DNA of 64,000 nucleotides from Takakia lepidozioides (lineage: Eukaryota > Plantae > Bryophyta): NCBI GenBank assembly GCA_030704615.1, contig CM060732.1:46190001-46254000 (forward strand), in the 5' to 3' direction. Each line of letters starts with the position of its first letter. Within the stretch, counting starts at the first letter, position 1. The translations under genes were made by a program, and so were the position numbers. The notes beneath the pieces were generated by a model. The model made no database searches. It saw only the letters and a program-made list of their open reading frames with translations, and had not been told where the DNA came from. Shown piece after piece: positions 1-12,600 of this stretch.

Positions 1-220
1 AGGAGCCAGGTCGCTGCTGCATTGAGGTTGGCAACAGGGTGCACACCTTCGCTGTAGATGACATCCCAGAATTAAGGAAATCGATGCTGAGCTGAGTCTG
101 GGCAGATGAAAGGAGGTGGGGTATGTGCCTGACACGCGCTTTGTATTGCATGATGTGGGGGAGGAGGAAAAGGAATTTTCTGTTTGCCACCACAGTGAGA
201 AGCTGGCCATTGATTTTGTG
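1..220 (+). pseudogene. Truncated, frameshifted DYW deaminase domain (3' part of an upstream PPR-DYW gene)
   Basis: Manual translation across frameshifts gives [69 protein letters not shown], i.e. a PG box plus the HSEKLA motif. The CxxC and DYW end are missing. Confidence 0.9.
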
Positions 221-335
221 TCTGGAGACGAAGGTAGTGGATCTGCCAACATCCAGTCCAACAGGTGAAGACCTGGCAGAACGGGAGATTTCAAGTACCT
301 GAATATTAGGCAAGAGGAACTGACCCTGCTAAGAT

Positions 336-380
336 GAAGTTGACTTGGAAGTTGACTTGGAAGTTGACTTGGAAGCTGAC
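336..380 (+). repeat. 12-bp tandem repeat (GAAGTTGACTTG) x~3.5
   Basis: Seen directly; it produces the KLTW repeats in ORF 334..669. Confidence 0.9.
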
Positions 381-399
381 GTGTCCAAGGCCATATTGG

Positions 400-3300
400 A
401 AGGGTATGCACAGAAGAGAGGCTTTGGAGACCTATGAGCAAATGATGGGGGAAGGGGTGAATCCCAACCACATAACGTTCGTTTGCGTTTGCAATGCTTG
501 TGCAAGCCTGGGAGCCCTGGAAAAGGGCAAAGAGGTCCATGGTGACATCATCAAAGTTGGAATTCTACCAGATGTCATTCTAAACACTGCCCTGGTGGAC
601 ATGTATGCCAAATGTGGGTGCATTAAGGATGCAAAGGCAGTTTTGAAAGTTCAACAATATGTAGGCTGAACGACATGTGGTGTCATGGAGCGCGATGCTT
701 GCAGGGTATGCACAGCAGGGATGTGGGGTGGAGGCTTTGGAGACCTATGAGCAAATGATGGGGGAAGGGGTGAAGCCCAACCACATCACGTTTGTGTGCG
801 TTTGCAATGCATGCGCAAGCCTGGCAGCTCTGGAAAATGACAAAGAGGTCCATGGCGACATGGTCAGAGCTGCAGTTGTACCAAATGTCATTATGAACAA
901 TACCCTCGTAGACACGTATGAAGGGAGTGTTCGAGAGTATGGCTGAACGAGATGTGGTGTCGTGGAGTGCGATGATTGCAGGATATGCACAGCAAAGGCG
1001 CGAGATGGAGGCTTTGGAGACCTATGAGCAAATGATGTGCGAAGGGGGTGAAGCCCAACCACATAACGTTTGTTTGCATTTGCAATGCGTGTGCAAGCCT
1101 GGCAGCCTTGGAAAAGTGCACAAAGGTCCATGGTGACATTATCAAATCTGGAATTGTACCCGATGTCATTCTGAACACTACGACATGTATGTCAAATGTG
1201 GGTGCATCGAGGATGCAAATGGAGTGTTTGACAGTATTGCTGAACGTGATGTGGTGTCGTGGAGTGTGATGATTGCAAGATATGCACAGCAAGGGTGCGG
1301 GATGGAGGCTTTGGAGACCTATGAGCAAATGATGTGCAAATGGGTGAAAACCAACCACATCACATTTGTGTGCGTTTGCAATGCGTGTGCAAGCCTGGGA
1401 GCCCAGGAAAAGGGGAAAGAGGTCCATGGTGACATCGTCAAAGCTGGAATTGTACCAGATGTCATCCTGAACAATCCCCTGGTGGACATGTATGCGAAAT
1501 GTGGGAGCATCGAGGATGTGAAGGGAGTTAATTTCAACACCATGGTTGAACGAGATGTGGTGTCGTGGAACGCCATGCTTGCAGGGGTATGCACAGCAGG
1601 GGCGTGGGATGGAGGCCTTGGAGACCTATGAGCAAATGATGGGGGAAGGGATGAAGCCCGACCACATCACGTTTGTGTGCGTTTGCAATGCGTGTGCAAG
1701 CCTGGTAGCCCTGGAAAAGGGCAAATAGGTGCATGGTTGCATCGCCAAAACTGGAACTGTACCAGGTGTGATCCTGAATACTGCCCTGGTGGACATGTAT
1801 GCCAAATGTGGGAGCATTGAGGATGCAGAGGGAGTGTTCAACAACAATATGGCTGAACAAGATTTGTTGTCGTGGAACGTGATGCTTGCAGGATATGCAC
1901 AGCAGGGCGTGGGATGGAGGACTTGGAGACCTATGAGCAAATGATGGGGGAAGGGATGAAGCCCGACCACATCACGTTTGTGTACGTTTGCAATGCGTGT
2001 GCAAGCGTGCAGCCCTGGAAAAGGGCAAAGAGGTGCATGGTTGCATCGCCAAGAATTGTACAGATGTGATTCTGAACAATACCCTGGTGGACATGTATGC
2101 CAAATGTGGGAGCATTGAGGATGTGGAGGGAGTGTTCAACAATATGGCTGAACGAGATTTGTTGTCGTGGAACGTGATGCTTGCAGGGTATGCACAGCAG
2201 GGGCGCGGGATGGAGGCCTTGGATCATACCTATGAGCAAATGATGGGGGAAGGGGTGAAATGCAACCACATCACGTTTGTGAGCGTTTGCAATGCTTGTG
2301 CAAGCCTGGCAGCCCTGGAAAAGGGCAAAGAGGTCCATGATGGGGGAAGAGGGGAAGCCCGACCACATCACGTTTGTGTGCATTTGTAATGCGTGTGCAA
2401 GCCACATTCATTTGTGTTCTCAATGTTGGTGCCAGCATGGTGGCCCTGGAGAAGGGCAAAGATATCCATGCTGACATTATCAAAGCTGGAATTTCGTCAT
2501 ACAGTAATTGGGAGACTGCCCTTGTTAACATGTATGCCAAATATGGGAGTGTAAGGGAGGTCTGTCTAGTGTACAACAATATGGTGGCAGGATATACCAA
2601 GCATGGTTGTGGTAGGAATGCCTTCGAGACATATGATCAACTGATACAGCAAGGGGTGATGCCCGATCAGGTCACATTTGTTTGCATTCTCAAGGCTTGT
2701 GCGAGACTGGCAGCCTTGGAAAACGGCAAAGAGGTCCATGCTGACATATGAAAGCTGGAGTTGTACCAAATCTGATTTTGAACAATAGCCTTGTTGACAT
2801 GTATGCGAAATGTGGGAGCATGAAGGTTGCAAAGAGAGTATTTGACAACATGGCTGAACGGGATGTGGTGTCGTGGAATGCGATGATCACAGGATATGCC
2901 CAGCATGGGTGTGGGATGGAAGCTTTGGGGACCTATGAGCAAAAGATGCAGAAGCATTCAACAGAATGCCTCAACGATCTTGATACGTTGGCAGGATTTA
3001 CCAAGCATGGGTGTGGTAGGAATGCTTTTGAGACCTATGAGCAAATTCTGCGCAAAGGGGTGAAGCCCAACCACATCAGATTTGTTTGTGTTTGCAATGC
3101 ATGTGCAAGCCTGGCAGCCCTGGAAAAGGGCAAAGAGGTGCATGGTTGCATCGCCAAAGCTAGAATTGTACCAGATGTGATTCTGAACAATACCCTCGTA
3201 GACATGTATGCCAAATGTGGGAGCATCGAAAATGTGGAGGGAGTGTTCAACAATATGGCTGAACGAGATTTGGTGTCATGGAACGCCATGCTTGTAGGAT

Positions 3301-4300
3301 ATGCACAGCAGGGGTGCGGGATGGAGGCCTGGGGGAAGGGGTGAAGCCCGACCACATCACATTTGTGTGCATTTGCAATGCGTGTGCAAGCCTGGCAGCC
3401 CTGGAAAAGGGCAAAGAGGTTCATGGTGACATCATCAAAGCTGGAATTGTACCAAATGTCATTCTAGACACTGCCCTGGTTCACTTGTATGCGAAATGTG
3501 ACTGCAATGAGGATGCAAAGGGAGTATTTGACAATATGGCTGAATGAAATGTGGTGTCGTGGAATGCGATGATCGCAGGATATGCCCAACATGGTTGTCA
3601 TAGGGAGGTCCAACAACTATTTGAAGGAATGTAAAAGAAAGGCTTGAAGCTGGTATCAATCTGACAGTAAAGCACTTTGGCTGCATGGTGGACCTTCTTG
3701 GACGTGCGGGACAACTGGATGAGGCAGTGGACCTGATTATTAAAATGCCAATCAATCCAGATGTTGTGGTGTGGAAGGCCTTGCTTGGTGCCTGCAGAAT
3801 CCATGGCAATGTGGAGATGGCTGAATGTGTGGCAACATCTATCCTCAAGTGGGATGAATAGGATGCCACGACTTATGTGGTGCTATATCAAACATCCATG
3901 CTGCAGCTGACAGGTGGGATGATACTGCAAAGGTGAGAAGAATGATGAAGGTCAGAGGGGTTAAAAAGGAGCCAGATGACAAGTTGCATCCCAGAATTAA
4001 GGAAATCCATGCTGAACTGAGAAGATTGTCTGGGCAGATGAAGGAGGCGGGGTATGTGCCTGACACACGCTTTTTATTGCATGATGTGGAGGAAATGAAT
4101 TTTCTCTTAGCCACCACAGTGAGAAGCTGGCCATTGGTTTTGGGCTGATCAGCACGACTCATCAAGAATCTTCGAGTGTGTGGAGACTGCCACATCTCCA
4201 CCAAATTCATCTCAAAGATTGTTGGCAATTGTTGTATGGGACGCTAACTACTTTCCACCACTTTGAAGATGGGATTTGTTCTTGTGGCGATTACTGGTGA
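400..4300 (+). pseudogene. PLS-class PPR-E-DYW RNA-editing factor pseudogene (~10 PLS triplets, multiple frameshifts and stops)
   Basis: Repeated P (VVSWN/SAMLAGYAQQG..EALETYEQM), L (HITFVCVCNACASLAALEKGKEVH) and S (VILNT/NALVDMYAKCGSIEDA) motifs are split over many ORFs. They are followed by S2/E (HFGCMVDLLGRAGQLDEA..PDVVVWKALLGACRIHGN), HSEKLA, KNLRVCGDCH and the terminal HFEDGICSCGDYW* ending at 4300. Confidence 0.95.
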
Positions 4301-4479
4301 AATGATGTTTTCTTGGAAAGATGCTAGTGTCTTGCTTCATTCCTTGATCTGTGTAGCTACTCAGACCATCCACCATTTCCTGATAGTGGGGTCTACCCGG
4401 CATAGGTAGGAAGTCAGCCCACAATTGCACTTGACTGAAGGGGTGATTTTTGACCTTCTGGTGACAATGGATGGAAATC

Positions 4480-4951
4480 AGAGCGCTGTCCTAATTCTGG
4501 GGTTTGGGTGGTGGAGCTTCTCCAAAGCTTGAAGATGGAAGTGAATACGAATTTTAATGAGTTTGATGAGAGGGGCAGCCCTGTGCACAAGTTTGTTCAA
4601 CATCTTAAATTTGGACATGTTTGTTGTTTCTCGTGGTGTGGCTTTGGATGGAGCCCTTGATGAATTTACATGAATATTGTCAAAAGCTAGCCTTAACCCA
4701 CCAAGATCCAATCCCACGGTGGATGCTTGAAAGTTCATATAGCGAATGGAAGGGTATGTTGTTATTGATTGATGCGGCTTGTGAAAATTGAACATTGAAA
4801 TGCAGATCCGCCATTTTTCTTCCAGAAAAAAACAAAACACGGGATCTCTGCATGTAAACACCGTGGGGATGACCCACCCTTTTTTTTGTGAAAAATTGAA
4901 CTTAGTTCTCAGAATTCATCGATAGTAGTGCGGAGCAACGCGAAGCCCTAG
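4480..4951 (+). mobile_element. Possible Helitron 3' end fragment
   Basis: Ends in GCGGAGCAACGCGAAGCC-CTAG|T, resembling the Helitron subterminal hairpin plus CTAG. The 5' boundary is not defined. Confidence 0.35.
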
Positions 4952-4984
4952 TCTACTGTACCAGAGTAAAAGAATTATGTACCA

Positions 4985-5219
4985 ACAGTCGGTAGCTCAG
5001 CTCAGATGGTTAAGTGCACTGAGTGCCACCCAGATGATTTTGGGGTCGAATCTTGCTATTGACGGGTGTGGTATGGTTCCTGGGCGGTGTCCCACTCATT
5101 TGCCTCCATTGCGCATATGAAAGAGGTTATTTTCTCCTCTCACTACTAAGGGGCCTGATTTGTGAGCTGTCACTCCCAGGTGTTTCCTTTTAAAAAAAAA
5201 AACAAACAAAAACAACAAA
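4985..5219 (+). mobile_element. tRNA-derived SINE
   Basis: A-box-like GTAGCTCAG..TGGTTAAG and B-box-like GGTCGAATC, a body shared with the other copies (GAAAG.GGTTA.TTT..CC.CTC..AAGGG.CCTGA.TTGTGAGC), and an A-rich tail. AATTATGT occurs on both flanks. Confidence 0.7.
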
Positions 5220-6724
5220 TTATGTGGGTTTAGACTCATGACTCATGGCGAATTATGTGGGTTTAGACATCTGGTCAATCATCAAATGTAGTGTTTGTTC
5301 AGCCAATTATTCTAGGATTTCTGAGAGCTAAGGAAAATATTTTCCTAGAGCTTTATGCCTTTGAAACATGCATTTGGAGATTTGATATTTAGAGTTTGTT
5401 TGAGATTTTAGGCATTTTTTTATAAAGTTTTTGGAATTTTGGCAGTTTTGTCCTAAATTTTCACTTAATTACTAGGCAGATTCATTTCTAATTATGTAGT
5501 GCCGAAATTTCCGTTTGCAAACATATCTCCCCTATAACGCTTATTAGGATGATCAAAGGAGAGCTGAGCCTTAGATTTTCCTTTTCTAAAGCTATGGCGA
5601 TGTCGCCAATTCACTTCAGGTTCGTCACCGTCAACCATTTTTAAGTAAGTCAAATTATGTTACTACGAATACATTTACATTCTCATTACTTGCAAGTAAG
5701 CAAGTAATAAGCAACTACATGCAGTTTAGCACAGTATGTATACCTCACGCTGCTATCCTACACGCTATAAGTTAGTATACTTCTCCTGAGATAAGAGGCC
5801 CCAGCCCCAGCTGTGAGCAGCACACTGAGTGATGGGCGATTGAACAGCTCCCGGCCGCCATGCTTAAGAAACTCTGCTCCCGCGTCTCTCACGCTCTCAG
5901 TACCCACCTTGCCTTGTAGCACTAAAGACTCCGTTCTACGTTTGTCGTACGTGGAAAAGAGTCTAAAGAGAACGAAAGAATTCAAGTGATTAGCTTAACG
6001 TCAATCATCGTGTGATGCAACATCCACCAGAACGGAGGAAGTCGTGAACGATTGGCTTCGGGTTGTGAGCCTTGTGTCTTGCAACCCACATCCGCTGGCT
6101 TCCCAGAGAGGCAAGTGGAAAGAAAGGAATTTTAAAACAACAGCGGGAAGCTCAAGGAAGGCAGAAGGAGAAGTTGAATGCTCACATGGCAGCTGCTTGG
6201 ACGGCTCCTGAGAATCTTGGATTTCCTTGGTGCATCTCCTCACTTTCTCGGCTCTCTGATTGAAGATTGTTGAAAAGCGTGGACCTTTGTTATGTAGTTG
6301 TGTCAAGCTTTCAGCTTCGTGGAGGAGAGGAATTCAAATTGTGAGTCACTCTACGATTCTCTGTCTTCCTCCATCTCTTTCGCACCCGATCTATATGTGG
6401 GCATTGACTGTGTGCTGAGATTGGTATTTGTTAGGGGATTAGATTGGTGGATGACCTCCAGCTATCTGTATTGCTCATTATCCGCAATGAGCATTGATTA
6501 CCCTTGTGCCCTCGGGTCTCTCTGTCACCAACACACCCTACATGGAGCCAAAGGAGAGCTGGGGAATGATAACCAGTAGCACTCGTGCCTTGTTGCTCTC
6601 GAGGTGATGTCTTGTCGGATTCATCACTTTTGGTAATGTGCTTTTATCCACATAGCGTCAGTCACGGGCCTGGCTCCTTTCTCTCCCAGCATAGGGGGTA
6701 ACCTACACGGCAGTATTGGTCATC

Positions 6725-8032
6725 ATGACTAGCATTGCTGAAAAGCTCTACGTTGCAGCTGATGGAGGCGATGTTGATGAAGTGAGACGAATTCTAGCTT
6801 TACCTGGCACAGATTCTAATGCACCAGGCCCAAACGGTCGGTCCCCACTGCAAGCAGCTGCAAAAAGTGGACATGTGGAGGTGGTGGAGCGCCTGTTAGC
6901 TCGACCTGAGATTGATGTAAATGGGACACCAGAGGAAGGCATTGAGAAGAAGACCCCACTTCATATGGCTGCTGAGCATGGGCACCCAAATGTAGTAAAG
7001 AGGCTCTTGACACACCCTAACATCCAGGGAAATTCCCAGCTGGTTGTTTCTGGCCTTACCCCCCTACACCTTGCAGCATGGAAAAATCACCCAGATGTTG
7101 TCATGGAGCTTCTTGAGTGGCCAGATATCAATGTGAATTTTGAAGACAGGATCGCGAAGCGGACTCCACTCCATTTTGCTGTTGAGAAAGGGAACACTCA
7201 AATTGTGCACTTGCTGACCAAGGACCCACGAGTACGGGCCAGTTTAGAGGACGTGAATGGTCGCACAGCACTGCAATTAGCTTGGGATTCAAGACGGCAA
7301 GATATTGAGAGGCTCTTGATTGAGAGAAGTGATGTGAAAGACTATCTGGATAGGCTGTATAGGGACAGGGAGGTGTATGTGGAGGCGGCAAATGCCATCT
7401 TGGTGGGAGCCTCTGTCATTGCCAGTGTGACGTTTGCTGGGTGGTTGCAACCACCCCAGGGATTTACCACCTATTATGGTAGTCAGTATGCTTTACCCTA
7501 CCCTGCTCCACCTGGTACATACGAGTCTTTTGCAGCAATGCAATATGATCATGTGTTACGTGGATTCTGGATCTGCAACAGCTTGTCCTTCTTCTTTGCC
7601 ATCGGGACTGTCATTGCAGGAGCAGGGACTGTCTTGCCCCAAGACAACTTCATTGGGGAGGCAGTGAAGGAGGTTCGTGAAGCTCTGATCATGACCTCAA
7701 CGTTACTAGTCATTTCAGTCATATTTGTGCTTGGGGCTTTTGGAACTGCTGGGTATGCAGCCCTTCCCCCTGTGGAAAAATACGACAGAATTATGCTCAT
7801 TACAATAGGCATAGGAGGATCAACATGTTCTGTTTTGCTGCTGTGGTTTGTAGTCCGCATTTATCATCTACGGCCTCGGTGGTGGAGAGCAATGGAGGCC
7901 TACATGATGCCAGGGGACCACTCAGCTCCACCATTAGAACAAAGTTTGAGTCAACAGTATCGAAAGGGTGTCCAGAAAAATTTGAGAAGGCGACGGAAGG
8001 AATTCCACGAAAACCTCCGTTCATCATGTTGA
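6725..8032 (+). CDS. Ankyrin-repeat + PGG-domain membrane protein (ACD6/ITN1-like), single exon
   Basis: 435-aa ORF from the ATG at 6725 with ~5-6 ankyrin repeats (SPLQAAAKSGHVEVV, TPLHMAAEHGH, TPLHLAAWKNH, TPLHFAVEKGN), then the PGG domain (LVGASVIASVTFAGWLQPPQG) and 4-5 TM helices. Confidence 0.92.
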   Translation: MTSIAEKLYVAADGGDVDEVRRILALPGTDSNAPGPNGRSPLQAAAKSGHVEVVERLLARPEIDVNGTPEEGIEKKTPLHMAAEHGHPNVVKRLLTHPNIQGNSQLVVSGLTPLHLAAWKNHPDVVMELLEWPDINVNFEDRIAKRTPLHFAVEKGNTQIVHLLTKDPRVRASLEDVNGRTALQLAWDSRRQDIERLLIERSDVKDYLDRLYRDREVYVEAANAILVGASVIASVTFAGWLQPPQGFTTYYGSQYALPYPAPPGTYESFAAMQYDHVLRGFWICNSLSFFFAIGTVIAGAGTVLPQDNFIGEAVKEVREALIMTSTLLVISVIFVLGAFGTAGYAALPPVEKYDRIMLITIGIGGSTCSVLLLWFVVRIYHLRPRWWRAMEAYMMPGDHSAPPLEQSLSQQYRKGVQKNLRRRRKEFHENLRSSC

Positions 8033-9661
8033 ATATGATGAGATGTTCTCTTTGCAGAGAACTGACGCACATAGGGATTAGCGATGCATTGCTACAGGTA
8101 TGAGATCTGAGGCTTTGCCAGGTCGTCCTACTACTACCTACCTCCCCCAAGACAGAAAGTGGGCGGAGCCAAGCATCTCCTTATGTCAGGATCAGAGATA
8201 GTTACCTTGGCACTCAAATGTAATTGGGATCTGTTCTTTTTCTTTTTTTAGATCAGCAAGAATGCATCCATCGCAGTCCCGTTCTAAACTTTGACTGGCT
8301 CTGTCATCTGACACCTTTGGGACTTAAGAAGGAAAGTTATCAGGGGAAGGGTGAGAACATCCATGTCAGGTCAAAACAAACAGAGAATTTTATTTGTATG
8401 CAGGTTCTTCAATAAATTTGCCAGGACCTTCATGACCTGGCATTAGTCTACATTGGTATGTCGACACTGTGTATACTTCTGTTGCTTATGCCCAGCAGCA
8501 GGTCTCTAACAGTGCAGCATTGGAGTGGATCTCGAGGGCTTTATGGTACGTCAAGCATGTATATGCCACCCACAGAATCTCACCATCTGATCACAAATTA
8601 GTAAACCCGAGACAGAAAAAAACGGACAGATTTTATCTCATGGGAAAAGCAACCAATTTGTGCACAGGCCATTGGCTGCCAGTGCAAGCTGCACATAAGT
8701 CAGAATACACAGACTCGCAGATGTGCTGGTTCACCCCAATTAAAGGCACTAGTTCTCCAAAGCACATACACAGACCCTCCCCAAGGGTGTTATGCTCATG
8801 AAGAGGACAGGAGCACGTCTACATCGGAGTCTCAAGTGAACTGTCAACATCTCAACATTGATTTGCCCAGGTGAGGGACACTGCCATCATGAACTCAACA
8901 TGATCTAACCTCAACTTGGGGCAGCAAACTTTGAGGCTATGGACACCATTCCCCAGGAAGATAAAACGGCAAGTTCACAGTTGGCCAGTAACATTAGGCG
9001 GCCAGTTCTCCTTATGTGAGAGATTCTTTTCTACTTTGCATAGAGGAATGGAAGAAAGGAATTGAAGGAATTTACCATGTCCACAGACTTTTTTGTGACA
9101 TACCAAAACAGAAAACAGAACAGAAAAGTGGCACCCCCAATCATAAGATACAATTCAACTTGAGTGATTCTCTAGGGTGGAGAGTGAGAGAATGCATGAC
9201 AATGGCCGCGTTAAGGCTTTATTTGCAGGAATTCACATGGTTTACTTCAGCAGTGGCACACTGTAGTTACTGGGTCCTTGCAGACATTTCTTAGCTTTAC
9301 AATATCATCACCGCAAATTTGGCAGTGTCTGCAGCATCTTTTCAAGGGTGAAAAGAGGTGCAATCTAAATGCTGTTTCCTGTCATTCCGTTACGTCATAA
9401 ACTACTCAAGAACCACCCATACTGGAGCCATTTTTGCATTTTGTGAATCTTATTACTTAGATGAAGCAGATGCATGTGCAGTTAGTGGAAAAACAACAAT
9501 CAAAAGTAAGCTCAGCTTCAAGAGTCGATTGGTGGCACAGTTGCCAAAAAGAGAGCACCCTTTTTACCCTCAAAATTTTGCAAAAGTGTTTCCTTTGCAA
9601 ATCTGGATGGGCAGTGACTGAAAATACATGTAGTTTACAAATTGTTGAGCTTGAAAAGGCA

Positions 9662-12600
9662 TCAAAATAACTGGATGAGGAGGCTTGTAGAGCCATCACC
9701 AAAAGACCGTAAACTCACTGATTTCACTATTGCCCGACACAAGGGGCATGTCCGCTCCCTCTCAAACCTGTGACATTCCCACCACATCGGGCCACATGAA
9801 GAAATCAGTTGCAATCATACACGTCAGTAGGTCTGGAAGAGTGATGATTTTATCATTCTCACCAATTTTGATGTGCTTGCGAAAGCTTTAATGGGACAGA
9901 GAATTGACATTTGCACTTGTTTCCTCTCTAGCCATACAGCCATGGATTCAAAATTCCAATTGACAACAACAGAGGACGGCCAAGGAAGGGGGACAGCAAC
10001 CAAATTCAGGCCACTCCCATCTTGAAACTTGGTAGATTTGACGGGGTCCAAAAGAAACAAGTAGGCAGGGTGCCCCAGCCCCCAGGTGAACACCTCAATG
10101 AAGCTGGATTCATTCTCCTCCTTAAAATAAAGTTGCATGCATTCTCATTTTTATTGTTGATCCCCTCTTGCCTTGATGTGTCATCTTTGGCTTTAAAAAA
10201 ATTGAAAGGACATAGGAAAGTGTGTGGCACAAATGAGAACAAATCAAAGACGGCCTACCATTCAGACACACAATCTTCACAGAAAATGTGCTTGCAACGA
10301 AGTGAGATTGGGGCATGCATTTTCTCCTGGCAGATGGCACACATGTCCCCTGCTGCAAGCACCTGCATGCCAACAACCATGACAAGCTCAGACCTTTGGA
10401 CTTCAGCTTACAATGGGCTAAGTATAAGAATGAAAGGGCAATGTACTTTTCAACCTGCATAGATGACCCATTGCTTGGATACCTTACTGGAAGGGGCACT
10501 GCCCCAGGGTTTCTGGAAGCCCTGATATCCCATTTCACACTGTAATGGGCTAGCACTTAGGTTATTGTGCAGACAGCCCCACTGTTAAAGTGAATGGAAA
10601 CTTTGTGCCGTTAGAAAGGCATGGAGGACTGTCTCAATAAGCAGCACACATACCTCCTCACTGGTTGCGTAGGCACCATATTGGACTTCTCTACGTGCCA
10701 ATGCTCGCAATGCAGAAAGAAAAGTTTGTCCCTGCCATATCCACCATATCCTTAAAAGTGTCAGCATTCCAAGGTACCAGTATTGGCAACATAGGGGGAC
10801 TAGTTGCATCTGAGAAATAGGATGTTTTCTTTAATAAAGGCTCAGAAACTTGAGGCATTCTATAGGCCCGTACCCCAAGCTGCAGGAGCTGAGTTGTGTG
10901 CACAGTATTACATATATATTATACACTAAATAATCAGTTACTGTACAATCAGAGGTATAGATTTGAAACCTTCTCCCAAGTGGAAGTGAGCTTGAAAGTT
11001 AGGTACAATCCAGTCGTAAGAGACGAAAAGATACTGCCATACTCCTTATTCAAAAAGAATCGATACCAGACTGGTCCTGGTATTAAGGCGCGGTACAGCA
11101 ATAATATATACTCTACAAGTGTCAAGAGCTGTGCCTGCACCCCATCACCAAACTGAAGATTAGACCCTCTATTCTTCTTGAAATCCCCTCCCCAGAGAGA
11201 CCCTAGGAAACACTAAGGTCCATCATGCAGCATGAGACCCATTTCGCCTTAATCACCATTTCAGGGGCCTTGGCTGAACCATCACTTCAACTCACCTTTT
11301 GCCAGCTGCTATAGCCAATCTTATGCACCTATAACTACTTTCACCCGATTTGGCTTCACAGTTTTCAGGGCACCCTGCTTGAATCCTGCCCTTGTGTATG
11401 GGTCTAGAACTAAAGACCTAATAATAACGACTATACTATAAAAGCATGGAAATCTCCTTAAAAAGAACCAAAATAAAAAGAAGCAACTGAGCTAACCACA
11501 CCACAAAGCCCCCAAAGTACTTGATGTAATGACCAAACCTGGCGGCGATAATTGTGTCCTCGGCTGTTCTTAAAGTACAAGAGAAGCCCACATTTCAACA
11601 CCATCGCTGACTGCCGCACCATTGTATCTACATCAGCAGATTTCCAGGAGAATTCAGATAATTGCAGATAGCTTCAAACTGTCTGCAGAGCTAGGCAAGA
11701 TTTTATGGCTGTGAAAACACTGCAAGTCACAGAAATGACACACATATGTGAAGTGTATTTACCATTGACAACAATAATGAAGACTGCATGCCAGAACTTG
11801 GGGATCATGCGAGGAGCAAGAAAGATGAGTGGCCGCCACAGAGCATCCGCACTGTACCACCCATACACTACTACAATGTGTAACACCAGAGCCAGTCCAA
11901 TTCCTAGGAGGATGATTGGTCTCCTCTCATTCTGTAACAGAAAAAACCCCAATTAGATAAGCATGAGAAATACACTTCTCTGAGTAACTTCCTCAAACTT
12001 ATATGTGAAAGACGTGGAGACTGTACCTTCAATGCTGTCTGTTTTCGTAGTAGAACATTTGCTTTAACCATTGCAGCTGTAATCCAGAAAGTTACGAAAA
12101 AACCTGAGACCGTAACATGGAGACAAACAGTCAACCATCAACATATAGAATGTTAAATAGCCTTGACCGATAAGACAGAAATCAGCCATTACAACACCCC
12201 ATCAAATGTAAACCAAACTCACAGAAAGCAAATGCAATCCAAATCCACCCACTAGACAGACAAGAGGTTGAAAAATATGTAAAAGGCACGAAACAAATTA
12301 TCCCAGTGATTTAGCCCTATTATAGTCGTTGTCAAAAAGCATATTACACACCCTCAGCTTTAAATTGACAGCTTCTCAATATAGTGGGAAGTTTCTACAT
12401 TTAATCACAGTACAAGCATACAGTAAGGAAGCTAGTTGTGTCTGTTATGAAAGCTCCTCAACCAGCCTCTCACCATGTGATTGCAGCCTTAACTGTAGAA
12501 AAGGATGAGTGAATCTATCAATGGATACACTGACGGCCCTCTGAGGTAAATCACATGAAATGTCCTGGTGCTGTTAGTGCTGTGATGCTGTCAAGGAGTA

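Noticed and set aside
432-3869. Many minus-strand ORFs over the PPR array
   Set aside because: They are antisense shadows of the PPR repeats.
4080-4300. U-to-C (DYW:KP-type) editing domain
   Set aside because: The motifs are canonical HSEKLA, CxxCH and terminal DYW, consistent with a C-to-U type.
4985-5060. Possible tRNA gene (also 22760-22825 and 41385-41440)
   Set aside because: There is no clean cloverleaf or acceptor stem, and the heads at 4985 and 22760 belong to the SINE family.
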